A program made the position numbers and the translations under genes. The notes beneath the pieces are model-generated. The model was not told where the DNA came from and ran no database searches. It was given only the letters and a program-made list of their open reading frames with translations. Positions 8,072-17,030 of a DNA stretch of 21,894 nucleotides are shown here, one piece after another (position 1 is the stretch's first letter; each line of letters opens with the position of its first letter). The stretch lies in the sequence record SRR31156797_1402; one strand, written 5' to 3'.

Positions 8072-8845
8072 CTATCTCCTGGTAAACCCACGTTTACTAT
8101 CTTTTAAGAAATCTATAAATATTTTAACCTCTTCAAACTGCTCAAGCTCAGCCAGTCTCTCCGGCACTTCAGCGAGTTTTACATTAAGGTCACTCAAAAT
8201 TTTAACCGCTTTTTTAAGCTCAAGCCTCGCATCAGGTTTTACACCACGTCTCTTAAGACCAACAGTGTTAAGACCTGCAAGCTGAGCAGGAATACCCGCT
8301 GCCATAACAAATGGAGGGATATCTTTTGATATGTTCGCCCTGCCGCCAAGCATTACGCCTGTACCAACCCTAACGAACTGGTGGCACGCAGCGTATCCGC
8401 CTACAACAGTAAAATCACCTACATGACAGTGCCCCGCAAAAGAAGCGTAGCTAGTCATTGTGATGTTATTGCCAAGTTTACAGTCGTGAGCGACGTGTGC
8501 ATAAGCCATGATGAAGCAGTTATCGCCTATTCTGGTTTCCCAAACTTCCTCTTTGGTGCTCGCCCTATGGATAGTAGCGAACTCTCTTACCACGCAGTTT
8601 TTACCGATAATCAGCTTAGTGTCCTCACCGCCGAATGAATAATCCTGCGGATCGCCGCCTATGTGTGCGTTAGAGTATATTACAGACCCTTCGCCCACAG
8701 TGGTGTTAGACTCGATAATAGCGTTGCGTCCTACTTTAACACCTTCGCCTATGACACAGTTTTTACCTATGAAAGCGCCCGCTGAAATCTCAGCAGAATC
8801 AGCTACTTCACAGCTCGGGTCAACTACTGCACCCTTCTCTATCAT
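8072..8845 (-). CDS. lpxA: Acyl-ACP--UDP-GlcNAc(3N) acyltransferase
   Basis: Hexapeptide repeats, PQD, RE, AHVAHDC (catalytic His), AGH, HQF, DIPP and GLNxVGLKRRG. Confidence 0.96.
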   Translation of the reverse strand: MIEKGAVVDPSCEVADSAEISAGAFIGKNCVIGEGVKVGRNAIIESNTTVGEGSVIYSNAHIGGDPQDYSFGGEDTKLIIGKNCVVREFATIHRASTKEEVWETRIGDNCFIMAYAHVAHDCKLGNNITMTSYASFAGHCHVGDFTVVGGYAACHQFVRVGTGVMLGGRANISKDIPPFVMAAGIPAQLAGLNTVGLKRRGVKPDARLELKKAVKILSDLNVKLAEVPERLAELEQFEEVKIFIDFLKDSKRGFTRR

Positions 8846-8849
8846 ATAA

Positions 8850-9284
8850 TTACTCCGCCGGAGCCATCATTGCAGTAAGTTCACCTTCACAGGCTAGCTC
8901 ACCGTTTACATACGCCTCGCCTTTAGCGACTACGATGTTTCTTCTCTTTTTAATAGGCGTAACAGTCATCTCAAGAACATCACCAGGAGTAACCTGCTTA
9001 CGGAATTTAACCTTATCAACTCCCATGAAAAGAGTGATCATCTTCGCTGTAGGGTCGTCACTGTTCTCCATAGCATGAAGACCAGCACACTGAGCCATAG
9101 CCTCAATAATAAGCACGCCCGGCATAACAGGATGCCCAGGGAAATGCCCCTGAAAGAAAGGCTCGTTTATTGATACGTTTTTAACAGCTTTTATATATTC
9201 AGGTGTACACTCAAGAACCCTGTCAACCATAAGAAAAGGGTATCTGTGAGGCAGTCTGTCCATTATTTCATTTACATTAAGCAT
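8850..9284 (-). CDS. fabZ: 3-hydroxyacyl-ACP dehydratase
   Basis: LPHRYPFLMVD and NEPFFQGHFPGHPVMPGVLIIEAMAQ. Confidence 0.97.
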   Translation of the reverse strand: MLNVNEIMDRLPHRYPFLMVDRVLECTPEYIKAVKNVSINEPFFQGHFPGHPVMPGVLIIEAMAQCAGLHAMENSDDPTAKMITLFMGVDKVKFRKQVTPGDVLEMTVTPIKKRRNIVVAKGEAYVNGELACEGELTAMMAPAE

Positions 9285-10278
9285 TCTTCTTCTCCAATTC
9301 TGAAATTCTATTCACTATCTCAGGCAGCTGCCGTATAAGAGCGACCTCTCGCATCCACGATTTTCTCGTAGTGTGCGGAAGACCACCATATATGCCCGGT
9401 TTTTCGATATCAGTCATAACACCACATCCGCCTGCGATCATAGTTCTTCCGCAAACTTTAACATGGTCTACAACACCGGAACGTGCGCCCATCATAACAT
9501 TATCACCAAGCTCTGAACTGCCCGCAATAGCCGACTGACCAGCCATGATGCAGTTCTTTCCAATCTTAACATTATGAGCTACCTGAACCTGATTATCTAT
9601 CTTTGTACCTGCGCCTATGACAGTGTCGTCAAACTTACCCCTGTCTACGCAGGTGTTAGAGCCGAGCTCCACGTCATCCTCCAGAACAACGGAACCTATA
9701 TGAGGAACCTTAACATTCTGACCTTTGCGCTGGTAATATCCGAAACCGTCAGAGCCGATAACCGTTCCTGAGTGGATAATAACTCTGTCGCCAAGCGTGC
9801 ATCCGTCGTAGATACTCACATTCGCATAGATTATACAATCCGCTCCGACAGTAACACCGTCACCTACATAAGCTCCCGGATAAACCTGTGTCCCCGCACC
9901 TACTTTGGCATTTTCACCAACATAAGCCTGAGCGCCCACAGAGGCAGACTCAGCAACAGAAGCAGTTTCAGCAACAAATGCCGAACCGTGCACGCCGGCA
10001 GGTTTTGCCTTAGAAGGGTAAAGCGCATGAACAACGGCAACAAGTGCCATCTCAGCGTCATCAGAGAGCAGATATGTACCGCCCTTTGATGTATCAAACC
10101 CTGCCTTAGCTATGTATGCCCCGGCTCCAGCATCAAAAACCTCGTCCGCTATCTTCCTGTCGAGAAGAGGCACAAGGCTACCGGCAGTAATATTCTCAAT
10201 TGAGGATATTGATGTTATTTCACAATCATCACCAATAAGTTCTGCTCCGGTAAGAGCTGCCAGCTCGGATGCTTTCAT
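9277..10278 (-). CDS. lpxD: UDP-3-O-acylglucosamine N-acyltransferase
   Basis: Hexapeptide repeats, IGSDGFGY, VDRG, KIDNQVQVAHNV and GQSAIAGS. Confidence 0.96.
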   Translation of the reverse strand: MKASELAALTGAELIGDDCEITSISSIENITAGSLVPLLDRKIADEVFDAGAGAYIAKAGFDTSKGGTYLLSDDAEMALVAVVHALYPSKAKPAGVHGSAFVAETASVAESASVGAQAYVGENAKVGAGTQVYPGAYVGDGVTVGADCIIYANVSIYDGCTLGDRVIIHSGTVIGSDGFGYYQRKGQNVKVPHIGSVVLEDDVELGSNTCVDRGKFDDTVIGAGTKIDNQVQVAHNVKIGKNCIMAGQSAIAGSSELGDNVMMGARSGVVDHVKVCGRTMIAGGCGVMTDIEKPGIYGGLPHTTRKSWMREVALIRQLPEIVNRISELEKKNA

Positions 10279-10793
10279 TATTTTCCTTGCTTGAATACGT
10301 TGTTGTATCTTTTAATTACGTTGTCTGTGATATCAATACTATCAGACATATAAAGTACAGCAGAGTTTTGCTCTTCGAGAATAACTTCATAGCCGAGCTC
10401 TTTTCCAAGGTCGGTAACTATCTTCATGACTTCGTCCTGAACTTTTTTAAGATGTCTCATTTCCATTCTTTTAAGTTCTTTCGCATAGTCTTCTTTAGAC
10501 GTGTTAAAAGTTCTGATCTTTCTCTGGATTTCAGTTCTCTTCTTCTCTTTTGTCTCAACTTTATAGATACTCTCTTTCTGAGCATACTCTTCCTGCATAC
10601 CCTTTATCTCATCACCAATCGAAGAAAGTTCTTTGTCGTAAGTATCAGCTTTCTTCTGGAGCTTATTAAAAACATCTTTACCAGCCTCAGACTGCTTAAG
10701 CACTCTCTGGAAATCAAGCACCCCAATCTTAGCAAAAGCGTTAGCAGAAAAAGCTACAATTAAAATCACTACAAGTATCGAAATACGTCTCAT
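10278..10793 (-). CDS. skp: Periplasmic chaperone Skp/OmpH
   Basis: Signal peptide ending AFA, KIGVLD, a coiled-coil body and VLYxxxxIDIT; canonical position between bamA and lpxD. Confidence 0.92.
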   Translation of the reverse strand: MRRISILVVILIVAFSANAFAKIGVLDFQRVLKQSEAGKDVFNKLQKKADTYDKELSSIGDEIKGMQEEYAQKESIYKVETKEKKRTEIQRKIRTFNTSKEDYAKELKRMEMRHLKKVQDEVMKIVTDLGKELGYEVILEEQNSAVLYMSDSIDITDNVIKRYNNVFKQGK

Positions 10794-10829
10794 CAGATCC
10801 TCCTGAATTTATCTATTTTTTTATTAATT

Positions 10830-13070
10830 TTAAAGCATACCGCCGATGGAAAATTCCCACTTTCCACCACCTGAATCACCATTTGGGTCGTCCAGAGGAA
10901 TACCATACTCCAGTCTGAGCGGTCCGACAGGGCTGTACCATCTGAACCCTGCACCGTAAGACTTGTACATATCTCCGCTGAGGTAAGATTCACCCTTGTC
11001 AAGTGACTGACCGGCATCAAAGAATATAACACCCATAAGCTGTGCTTCCTTAGCCACAGGGAAAGAGAGCTCGAGGTTCATCTGGTCAAATTTATCACCA
11101 CCGTATCTCTCACCATTACTATCAACAGGTGAGATATCACCATAGTCGTAACCGCGAATACTATACATACCACCAAGCCTGTATCTTTCACCGATAGGAA
11201 TTTCATTATCGTTATATGGAGCGATGTACCCTACCTCGAAATTAGCCATGGCTACAAAGTCCCAGAAAAGAGGAACATAATGAGAGTAAGTAAAACCTGA
11301 TTTCACAAAGTCATTATCTCCGCCAAAGAGACCGCCGGCAATCTTAGAATAGAGAACAGCCTTATTACCTCTGGTCGGGTTATAAGGGTGGTTAAGTGTT
11401 GTCCACCTGGCAGTAGGAGTCAAGCTGACAGTTGTAGTCTCTCCCTCCTGCTGCGTAATAATGTATGAAGCATCATCGTCGATGTCATTAATATCTACAA
11501 CTTCGTATCTGAGTCTGTAGTTAAGATAGAGCCTTCTCTTAATAGGCTGGTGCCCTAAACCTATAGCAGCACCTATAGACTCTTTATCATACTCGTAATA
11601 GCTTCTGTCTGTTTTAAACAGGTCCAGGCTCAAGCTGTAAGGTTTATCAAAGAGCCAAGGATTCACAAAGCTCACAGTATAGTCAGCCTTCTTCTCAGAA
11701 AACTCACCCTTTACAGTCGCCTCATACCCTTTACCAAAAAGGTTTTTCTGTGTAAGAGAAACCATACCTGTAATCTGATCGATTGAGGAGTAACCTGCAC
11801 CGATACTGAAAGAACCAGTCATCTTATCAGCAACCTCAGCATCAAGGTCTATCTTATCCTCAGAGATAGGTGTCTCTGAGAGCTTAACTTCGCTGAAATA
11901 GTCAGTGAATTCTATGTGACGCTTGGAAGCAGATATGAGAGAGCTACTGTAAAGGTCACCCTCTACAATATCAAACTCACGCCTAATTACTCTGTCACGT
12001 GACTTTGTATTACCCCTAATGTTAATACGGTTGATGTATACAAGCTGATTCTCTTCGACTTTATAGTTAACAGATACTGTCTGGGATTTATCACTAAGGA
12101 CTGTCTCAGGGTTTACGTTCGCGTAAGCGTAGCCGACAGTAGTAAACTGTGCAGTAACCCTTTTCACATCATCCTGAAATTTCTCAACATTAAACCAGTC
12201 GCCTGTTTTGAGCAGTGTGGCATTCTTAAGCTTATCAAGCTCTACATGCTCGTAACCCTCAAATCTGACATCAGCAACTTTATACCTTATACCCTCATCA
12301 ACAACGATAGTAAGCTTAATCTTCTTCTTATCTTCTGAAAGCTCGATCCTAGGCTCACCAACCTGAACCTGTGCAAAACCTTCACGAAGATACATCGCCT
12401 TGATCTTATCCATATCGATAGCGAGCTCTGTCTTCTTAAGCTTTCCACTACCGGTGAAGAAAGACCAGAAGCCTTTCTCAGAAGTTTCTATCTCTTTAAG
12501 GATTTCTTTCTTTTTAAAGTGTTTATTCCCGATTACTTTAATATCAGTGATCTTCGCCTCAACACCTTCGGTGATAACATATACAACATCAACAGAGTTA
12601 TTACCCCTGTCTTCGATCTCAGCCTTTATGTCAACTGAGTAGTATTTTTCATCGTGGTATTGATCTTCAAGGATCTTAAGGTTAGCCTCGACCTTCTTAC
12701 TGTCGAGAATATCTCCTTCCATAGGGATAAGCTCTTCTGTAAGATTCCGGCTTTTAACTTCTACGTTACCATTAAATATAACGCTGTGAACGTACGGCTT
12801 CTCAGTAACTATATAAACAAGGACAAGCCTGTCGTCACTAAGTCTCATATCTACTTTAACGTCTGTTATAATATCTGCACTAAACAGATTTTTGATACTG
12901 TCGTCAACTTCGGAAAGGTTAAATTCCTCACCAGCTTTGACAGCGTACTTTAGGATTGTGTTTGTAGGGACTCTTCTATTCCCCTCGACCTCAACGGCAT
13001 CAACAACTGCGGCAAAAGAGTTAACCGCAAAGAGCAATATCAGCGCAATAAAAAAAAAATGCTTTTTCAT
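10830..13070 (-). CDS. bamA: Outer membrane protein assembly factor BamA
   Basis: Signal peptide, repeated POTRA units (GNxR/GNxK ... V-x-E), TGSFSIGAGYSS at the barrel start, NLFGKG, SIRGY loop-6 motif and WYSPVGPLRLEYG. Confidence 0.96.
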   Translation of the reverse strand: MKKHFFFIALILLFAVNSFAAVVDAVEVEGNRRVPTNTILKYAVKAGEEFNLSEVDDSIKNLFSADIITDVKVDMRLSDDRLVLVYIVTEKPYVHSVIFNGNVEVKSRNLTEELIPMEGDILDSKKVEANLKILEDQYHDEKYYSVDIKAEIEDRGNNSVDVVYVITEGVEAKITDIKVIGNKHFKKKEILKEIETSEKGFWSFFTGSGKLKKTELAIDMDKIKAMYLREGFAQVQVGEPRIELSEDKKKIKLTIVVDEGIRYKVADVRFEGYEHVELDKLKNATLLKTGDWFNVEKFQDDVKRVTAQFTTVGYAYANVNPETVLSDKSQTVSVNYKVEENQLVYINRINIRGNTKSRDRVIRREFDIVEGDLYSSSLISASKRHIEFTDYFSEVKLSETPISEDKIDLDAEVADKMTGSFSIGAGYSSIDQITGMVSLTQKNLFGKGYEATVKGEFSEKKADYTVSFVNPWLFDKPYSLSLDLFKTDRSYYEYDKESIGAAIGLGHQPIKRRLYLNYRLRYEVVDINDIDDDASYIITQQEGETTTVSLTPTARWTTLNHPYNPTRGNKAVLYSKIAGGLFGGDNDFVKSGFTYSHYVPLFWDFVAMANFEVGYIAPYNDNEIPIGERYRLGGMYSIRGYDYGDISPVDSNGERYGGDKFDQMNLELSFPVAKEAQLMGVIFFDAGQSLDKGESYLSGDMYKSYGAGFRWYSPVGPLRLEYGIPLDDPNGDSGGGKWEFSIGGML

Positions 13071-13696
13071 ACAGACTCCACTATGTCTATGATTTCCTTT
13101 ATCCTGTCATACTTCACTTTAGCCATGCTCTTATTACCTATAAGTCTGGCGGTGGATTCAAGTATGGTCTCAATCTCCATAAGCCCGTTCTTCTTAAGCG
13201 TCTGCCCAGTTGAAACCAGGTCAACGATAAAATCAGAAAGACCCACAAGAGGGGAAAGCTCTATCGAGCCGTAAAGTTTAATTGTCTCTACAAAGACACC
13301 TTTATCGGCGAAAAAGTTCTTAGTCAGCATAGGATATTTTGTAGCTACCACCATGTCGTGTCTATAGGATAGGTCAGAATCAACCACACCAGCCACACAG
13401 AGCCTGCAATACCCGAAGCCCAGATCAAGATATTCATAAACGTCACTGCCTGACTCAAGGAGAATATCTTTACCAACAACGCCTATGTCCGCCGCACCAT
13501 GCTCTACATAGGTAGAGACGTCCATGTTACGCACCATCATAAACTTCATATTGTTCTTTTCGTCGTAAAAGGTGAGCCTGCGGGAATTAAAGTCCACAAC
13601 CCCTTCATTAGTGATTCCGTTCTTAAGGAAAAGTTCAATTGTATCTTCTGCCAGTCTGCCTTTCGGCAGGGCAACATTTACGCAATTTTCGTTCAT
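13067..13696 (-). CDS. hisG: ATP phosphoribosyltransferase, short form (needs HisZ)
   Basis: ALPKGRL, ADIGVVGKD, VATKY, LYGSIELSP and IVDLVSTGQTLKKNGL; 209 aa with no C-terminal regulatory domain. Confidence 0.96.
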   Translation of the reverse strand: MNENCVNVALPKGRLAEDTIELFLKNGITNEGVVDFNSRRLTFYDEKNNMKFMMVRNMDVSTYVEHGAADIGVVGKDILLESGSDVYEYLDLGFGYCRLCVAGVVDSDLSYRHDMVVATKYPMLTKNFFADKGVFVETIKLYGSIELSPLVGLSDFIVDLVSTGQTLKKNGLMEIETILESTARLIGNKSMAKVKYDRIKEIIDIVESV

Positions 13697-14955
13697 TATT
13701 CTTTTACCCGTTTAAGTTTTGCACCCACAGCCGTGAGCTTTTCTACAAATCTGTCATATCCACGGTCGAGATGATAAAGCCTTGCGACCTCTGTCTCACC
13801 CTCAGCCGCAAGACCGGCTATAACAAGGCTTGCGCTTGCACGCAGGTCAGAAGCCATAACAGGAGCACCAGAAAGTTTTGAAACGCCTGTGATAATGGCT
13901 GATTTATCCTTAAGCTTAATGTCAGCCCCCATCCTCTTAAGTTCAGAAACATGCATGAATCTGTTTTCAAAGATGGTTTCTGTGGCAACGGAAACACCAA
14001 CACTACAGCACATCACAGCCATAAACTGCGCCTGCATATCAGTTGCGAATCCGGGATAAGGGAGAGTCGTTATATCTGTCGCACTGAGAGGCTTATCTTT
14101 AACAACCTTCAAAGTGGTATCGTTTAGTTTATCAATTTTAAGCCCTGCTTCTAAGAGCTTATCAAGTGTAGAGCGCATCTCCTGCACCGGCATGTTCGTA
14201 AGCTCAAGCTCGCCGCCGGCACCAGCTACACAGCAGAGAAATGTTCCAGCCTCTATCCTGTCCGGCATAACAATATAGTCAGCGGAATTCAGCGACTTCA
14301 TACCTTTGATGCGGATCTCTTTGGTTCCCTCACCCTGAATGTCTGCGCCCATCTTTTTTAGGAAACGGGCGAGGTCAACAACTTCGGGTTCCTGAGCGGC
14401 ATTGCGAAGAACTGTCTCGCCATCTGCGAGAGTGGCAGCCATCATAATATTCTCAGTTCCGGTGACGGTTACTATGTCAAAGGTGATCTCAGCACCCTTC
14501 AGACGTTTGCAGATCGCCTCTACATAGCCGTGTTCAACCTTTATCTCAGCACCCATAGCCTCAAGAGCTTTCAGGTGAAGATCAACAGGACGCTCGCCAA
14601 TGGCGCATCCGCCCGGCAGGGAAACACGTGCACGCCCCTTTCTGGCAACTAACGGTCCGAGAGTAAGCACGCTCGCACGCATAGTCTTAACCAGCTCGTA
14701 AGGAGCCTCTATTTTATCTTTGTCGTATTTACTATTTAAGGTAACAGTATCGCCATCCCTCTTTGAAGAGATGCCAAGTTCGCCGAGAAGCTTAAGCATG
14801 GTATTGATATCCACAAGCTCCGGCGCTTCTGAGATTTTGAACTTTCCGTCTGCAAGGATTACAGCGGATAGTATCGGGAGTGCGGCATTTTTAGCACCAC
14901 TGACACGTATGGAACCGCTCAGTTTGTGCCCGCCTTCTATTACAAGTTTGTCCAA
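13696..14955 (-). CDS. murA: UDP-N-acetylglucosamine 1-carboxyvinyltransferase
   Basis: SGAKNAALP, MRAS, LPGGCAIGERP (active-site Cys, the fosfomycin-sensitive type), DRIEAGT, DLRA and HLDRGY. TTG start. Confidence 0.97.
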   Translation of the reverse strand: MDKLVIEGGHKLSGSIRVSGAKNAALPILSAVILADGKFKISEAPELVDINTMLKLLGELGISSKRDGDTVTLNSKYDKDKIEAPYELVKTMRASVLTLGPLVARKGRARVSLPGGCAIGERPVDLHLKALEAMGAEIKVEHGYVEAICKRLKGAEITFDIVTVTGTENIMMAATLADGETVLRNAAQEPEVVDLARFLKKMGADIQGEGTKEIRIKGMKSLNSADYIVMPDRIEAGTFLCCVAGAGGELELTNMPVQEMRSTLDKLLEAGLKIDKLNDTTLKVVKDKPLSATDITTLPYPGFATDMQAQFMAVMCCSVGVSVATETIFENRFMHVSELKRMGADIKLKDKSAIITGVSKLSGAPVMASDLRASASLVIAGLAAEGETEVARLYHLDRGYDRFVEKLTAVGAKLKRVKE

Positions 14956-15761
14956 CTAAGTACCCTTTCAATATGCTGATAATCATAGGTCACATTCCAG
15001 TTTTCTACTAACCCGAGCGAAGCCAATTTTTCATACTGCCCACGACCAAGTTCGAAGAATGCACCTACATGGTTTTTATTGCATAAATCGGGGGTTATGT
15101 CCATTAATAATTTATAAAACAGCAGGTCATCATCGCCTGCTGAGAGAGCGTTTTTAGGCTCATATTTCAATGATTTATCAGATTCCACCCACTCTGTCTC
15201 TGATAGGTACGGCGGATTACATGTGATTATATCGAATGAGCCAAGGTTGAGCTCGTTAATTTTAAGTGCATCACCCTGTAAAAGAGTGCATCTTTCAGCC
15301 AGATTATGAGTGTCTATATTCTTTTGGGCAGTCGCTATAGCTCCTCCGCTTATGTCGAGCCCGACACCAGTCGCAGACGGCAGTTCTTTGAGCAGTGCTG
15401 TCAGGATACACCCTGAGCCTGTACAGATATCTAATATCTTTAGATTTTCTCGACCTGATGCTTTTTTCAGAACTTCGTCCACAAGTATCTCAGTTTCGGG
15501 ACGAGGGATAAGGACGTTCTCATCCACATATATATCTAATCCGTAAAAATTTTTATTATTGATAACATAGGCGAGAGGTTTTCCAGCTTTTATCTCGTTC
15601 AGCTTCTGAGCATCACCGGACGTATCTATCTCTTCTGAAAGGGCTAATGATATTTGATTATATGGTATGGATGATATGTGGGATGCGAACTCTAGCGCAT
15701 CGCTGCGGTTCTGAAAATAGTTATTAGTAAGGAACTGTATGTATTTTGAAACTTTCATCAT
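14940..15761 (-). CDS. prmC: Release factor glutamine methyltransferase (HemK)
   Basis: PLAY, VLIPRPETE, LDICTGSGC, NPPY and EPxxAL; downstream of prfA. The start may be the second ATG at 15758. Confidence 0.94.
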   Translation of the reverse strand: MMKVSKYIQFLTNNYFQNRSDALEFASHISSIPYNQISLALSEEIDTSGDAQKLNEIKAGKPLAYVINNKNFYGLDIYVDENVLIPRPETEILVDEVLKKASGRENLKILDICTGSGCILTALLKELPSATGVGLDISGGAIATAQKNIDTHNLAERCTLLQGDALKINELNLGSFDIITCNPPYLSETEWVESDKSLKYEPKNALSAGDDDLLFYKLLMDITPDLCNKNHVGAFFELGRGQYEKLASLGLVENWNVTYDYQHIERVLSWTNL

Positions 15762-15765
15762 GCAC

Positions 15766-15871
15766 CTGTCATTCTGAGGAAATACTTGTGCTGACGTGAG
15801 AATCTAAGCTTAAATTCAACAATGCAACAACACCTGAGATTGCCACGTCGTTACACTCCTCGCAATGACAG
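15766..15871. repeat. About 106-bp imperfect palindromic element (REP/RPE/MITE-like, GTCATT...AATGAC ends)
   Basis: CTGTCATTctGAGGA (15766-15780) pairs with TCCTCgcAATGACAG (15857-15871) at 13/15 positions. GACGTGagAATCT (15793-15805) pairs with AGATTgcCACGTC (15837-15849) at 11/13. Confidence 0.8.
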
Positions 15872-15919
15872 CTTAATATTATAAGCCGACCGAAGGGAGG
15901 CGTTAAACGACTAAGCACA
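15871..15919. repeat. Degenerate ~50-bp intergenic repeat, copy 1 (GAA-loop hairpin core)
   Basis: Aligns by eye with 19014-19065; core GCC-GA-CC-GAA-GG-GA-GGC at 15885-15901. Confidence 0.5.
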
Positions 15920-15962
15920 AATTGTCCAGCCACTTACTATCATGGCTGTCGCTCCTAAGCGA

Positions 15963-17030
15963 CTATAGACCGGATTCTTGCAGACGTTCAGCCTGATCGA
16001 AAGCGATAGTCGCCTCGATCATATCCTGCATCTCACCTAGGAGGAATCTGTCGAGGTTAGCAGACTCTTTGATACGGTGGTCTGTCACTCTGTTCTGCGG
16101 GAAGTTGTAAGTACGGATACGCTCGCTTCTGTCACCTGAACCTACCTGAAGCTTTCTGCTCGCTGCCTCTTCCGAGTGTTTTTTCGCAATCTCAGCTTCG
16201 AGTATCTTAGATTTAAGGAGCTTCATAGCCTTATCTTTGTTTTTGATCTGGCTGCGTTCATCCTGACAAGCGACAACAACGCCTGTCGGTTCGTGTGTGA
16301 TACGAACCGCAGAATCAGTTGTGTTTACGTGCTGACCACCCGCACCTGAGGCACGGTAAACGTCGATACGAAGGTCTTTCGTCTCAATATTCACGTCAAC
16401 ATCCTCCGCTTCCGGGAGAACAGCAACAGTACACGCTGATGTATGGATACGACCACCGGACTCTGTCTCAGGTACACGCTGTACCCTGTGTCCGCCAGCT
16501 TCGAATTTAAGTTTTGAATATGCACCGCGACCTTTCACAAGTGCCACGACTTCTTTATATCCGCCAACGCCTGTGTCGTTAAAGTCTACAACCTCAACCT
16601 TCCAGCCGTTCATCTCTGCATATCTGGTATACATTTTAAGGAGATCGCCAGCAAAAAGTGACGCTTCGTCACCGCCTGTACCAGCTCTGATCTCAAGGAA
16701 AATATTCTTTTCATCGTAAGGATCTTTTGTAAGAAGTGACTTTTTCAGCTCGTCCTCAAGAGTATCAAGAACATCCTTCTTCTCTTCAAGCTCCATCTCG
16801 GCAAGCTCTTTCAGATCAGGATCATCAGAGGTTTCAACAATGCTCTTAGCCTCATCGATAGCCTCTTTTTCGGTTAAATATTCTTCATACTTTTCAACCA
16901 CAGGCTTAAGCTCAGCATGCTCTTTCGCAGTTTTCTGAAAGAGGATATTGTCAGCCATAGTCTCCGGGGCAACAAGCTTATCAGTCAGTTCATAATATCT
17001 GTTTTTTACTTCGTCTAATTTATCAAACAT
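15963..17030 (-). CDS. prfA: Peptide chain release factor 1
   Basis: EIRAGTGG, HRVQRVPETE (PxT motif, RF1 type), SGAGGQHVN (GGQ) and GDRSERIRTYNFPQ. Confidence 0.98.
   Translation of the reverse strand: MFDKLDEVKNRYYELTDKLVAPETMADNILFQKTAKEHAELKPVVEKYEEYLTEKEAIDEAKSIVETSDDPDLKELAEMELEEKKDVLDTLEDELKKSLLTKDPYDEKNIFLEIRAGTGGDEASLFAGDLLKMYTRYAEMNGWKVEVVDFNDTGVGGYKEVVALVKGRGAYSKLKFEAGGHRVQRVPETESGGRIHTSACTVAVLPEAEDVDVNIETKDLRIDVYRASGAGGQHVNTTDSAVRITHEPTGVVVACQDERSQIKNKDKAMKLLKSKILEAEIAKKHSEEAASRKLQVGSGDRSERIRTYNFPQNRVTDHRIKESANLDRFLLGEMQDMIEATIAFDQAERLQESGL

Noticed and set aside
13050..13059. T10 homopolymer in the bamA signal peptide as a phase-variation switch
   Set aside because: It is in frame (His-Phe-Phe-Phe) and bamA is essential, so an OFF state would be lethal; at most a sequencing-error hotspot.
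15963..17030. RF2-type programmed frameshift
   Set aside because: The gene is a continuous ORF with the RF1 PxT motif and no SPF motif or internal CTT-TGA site.
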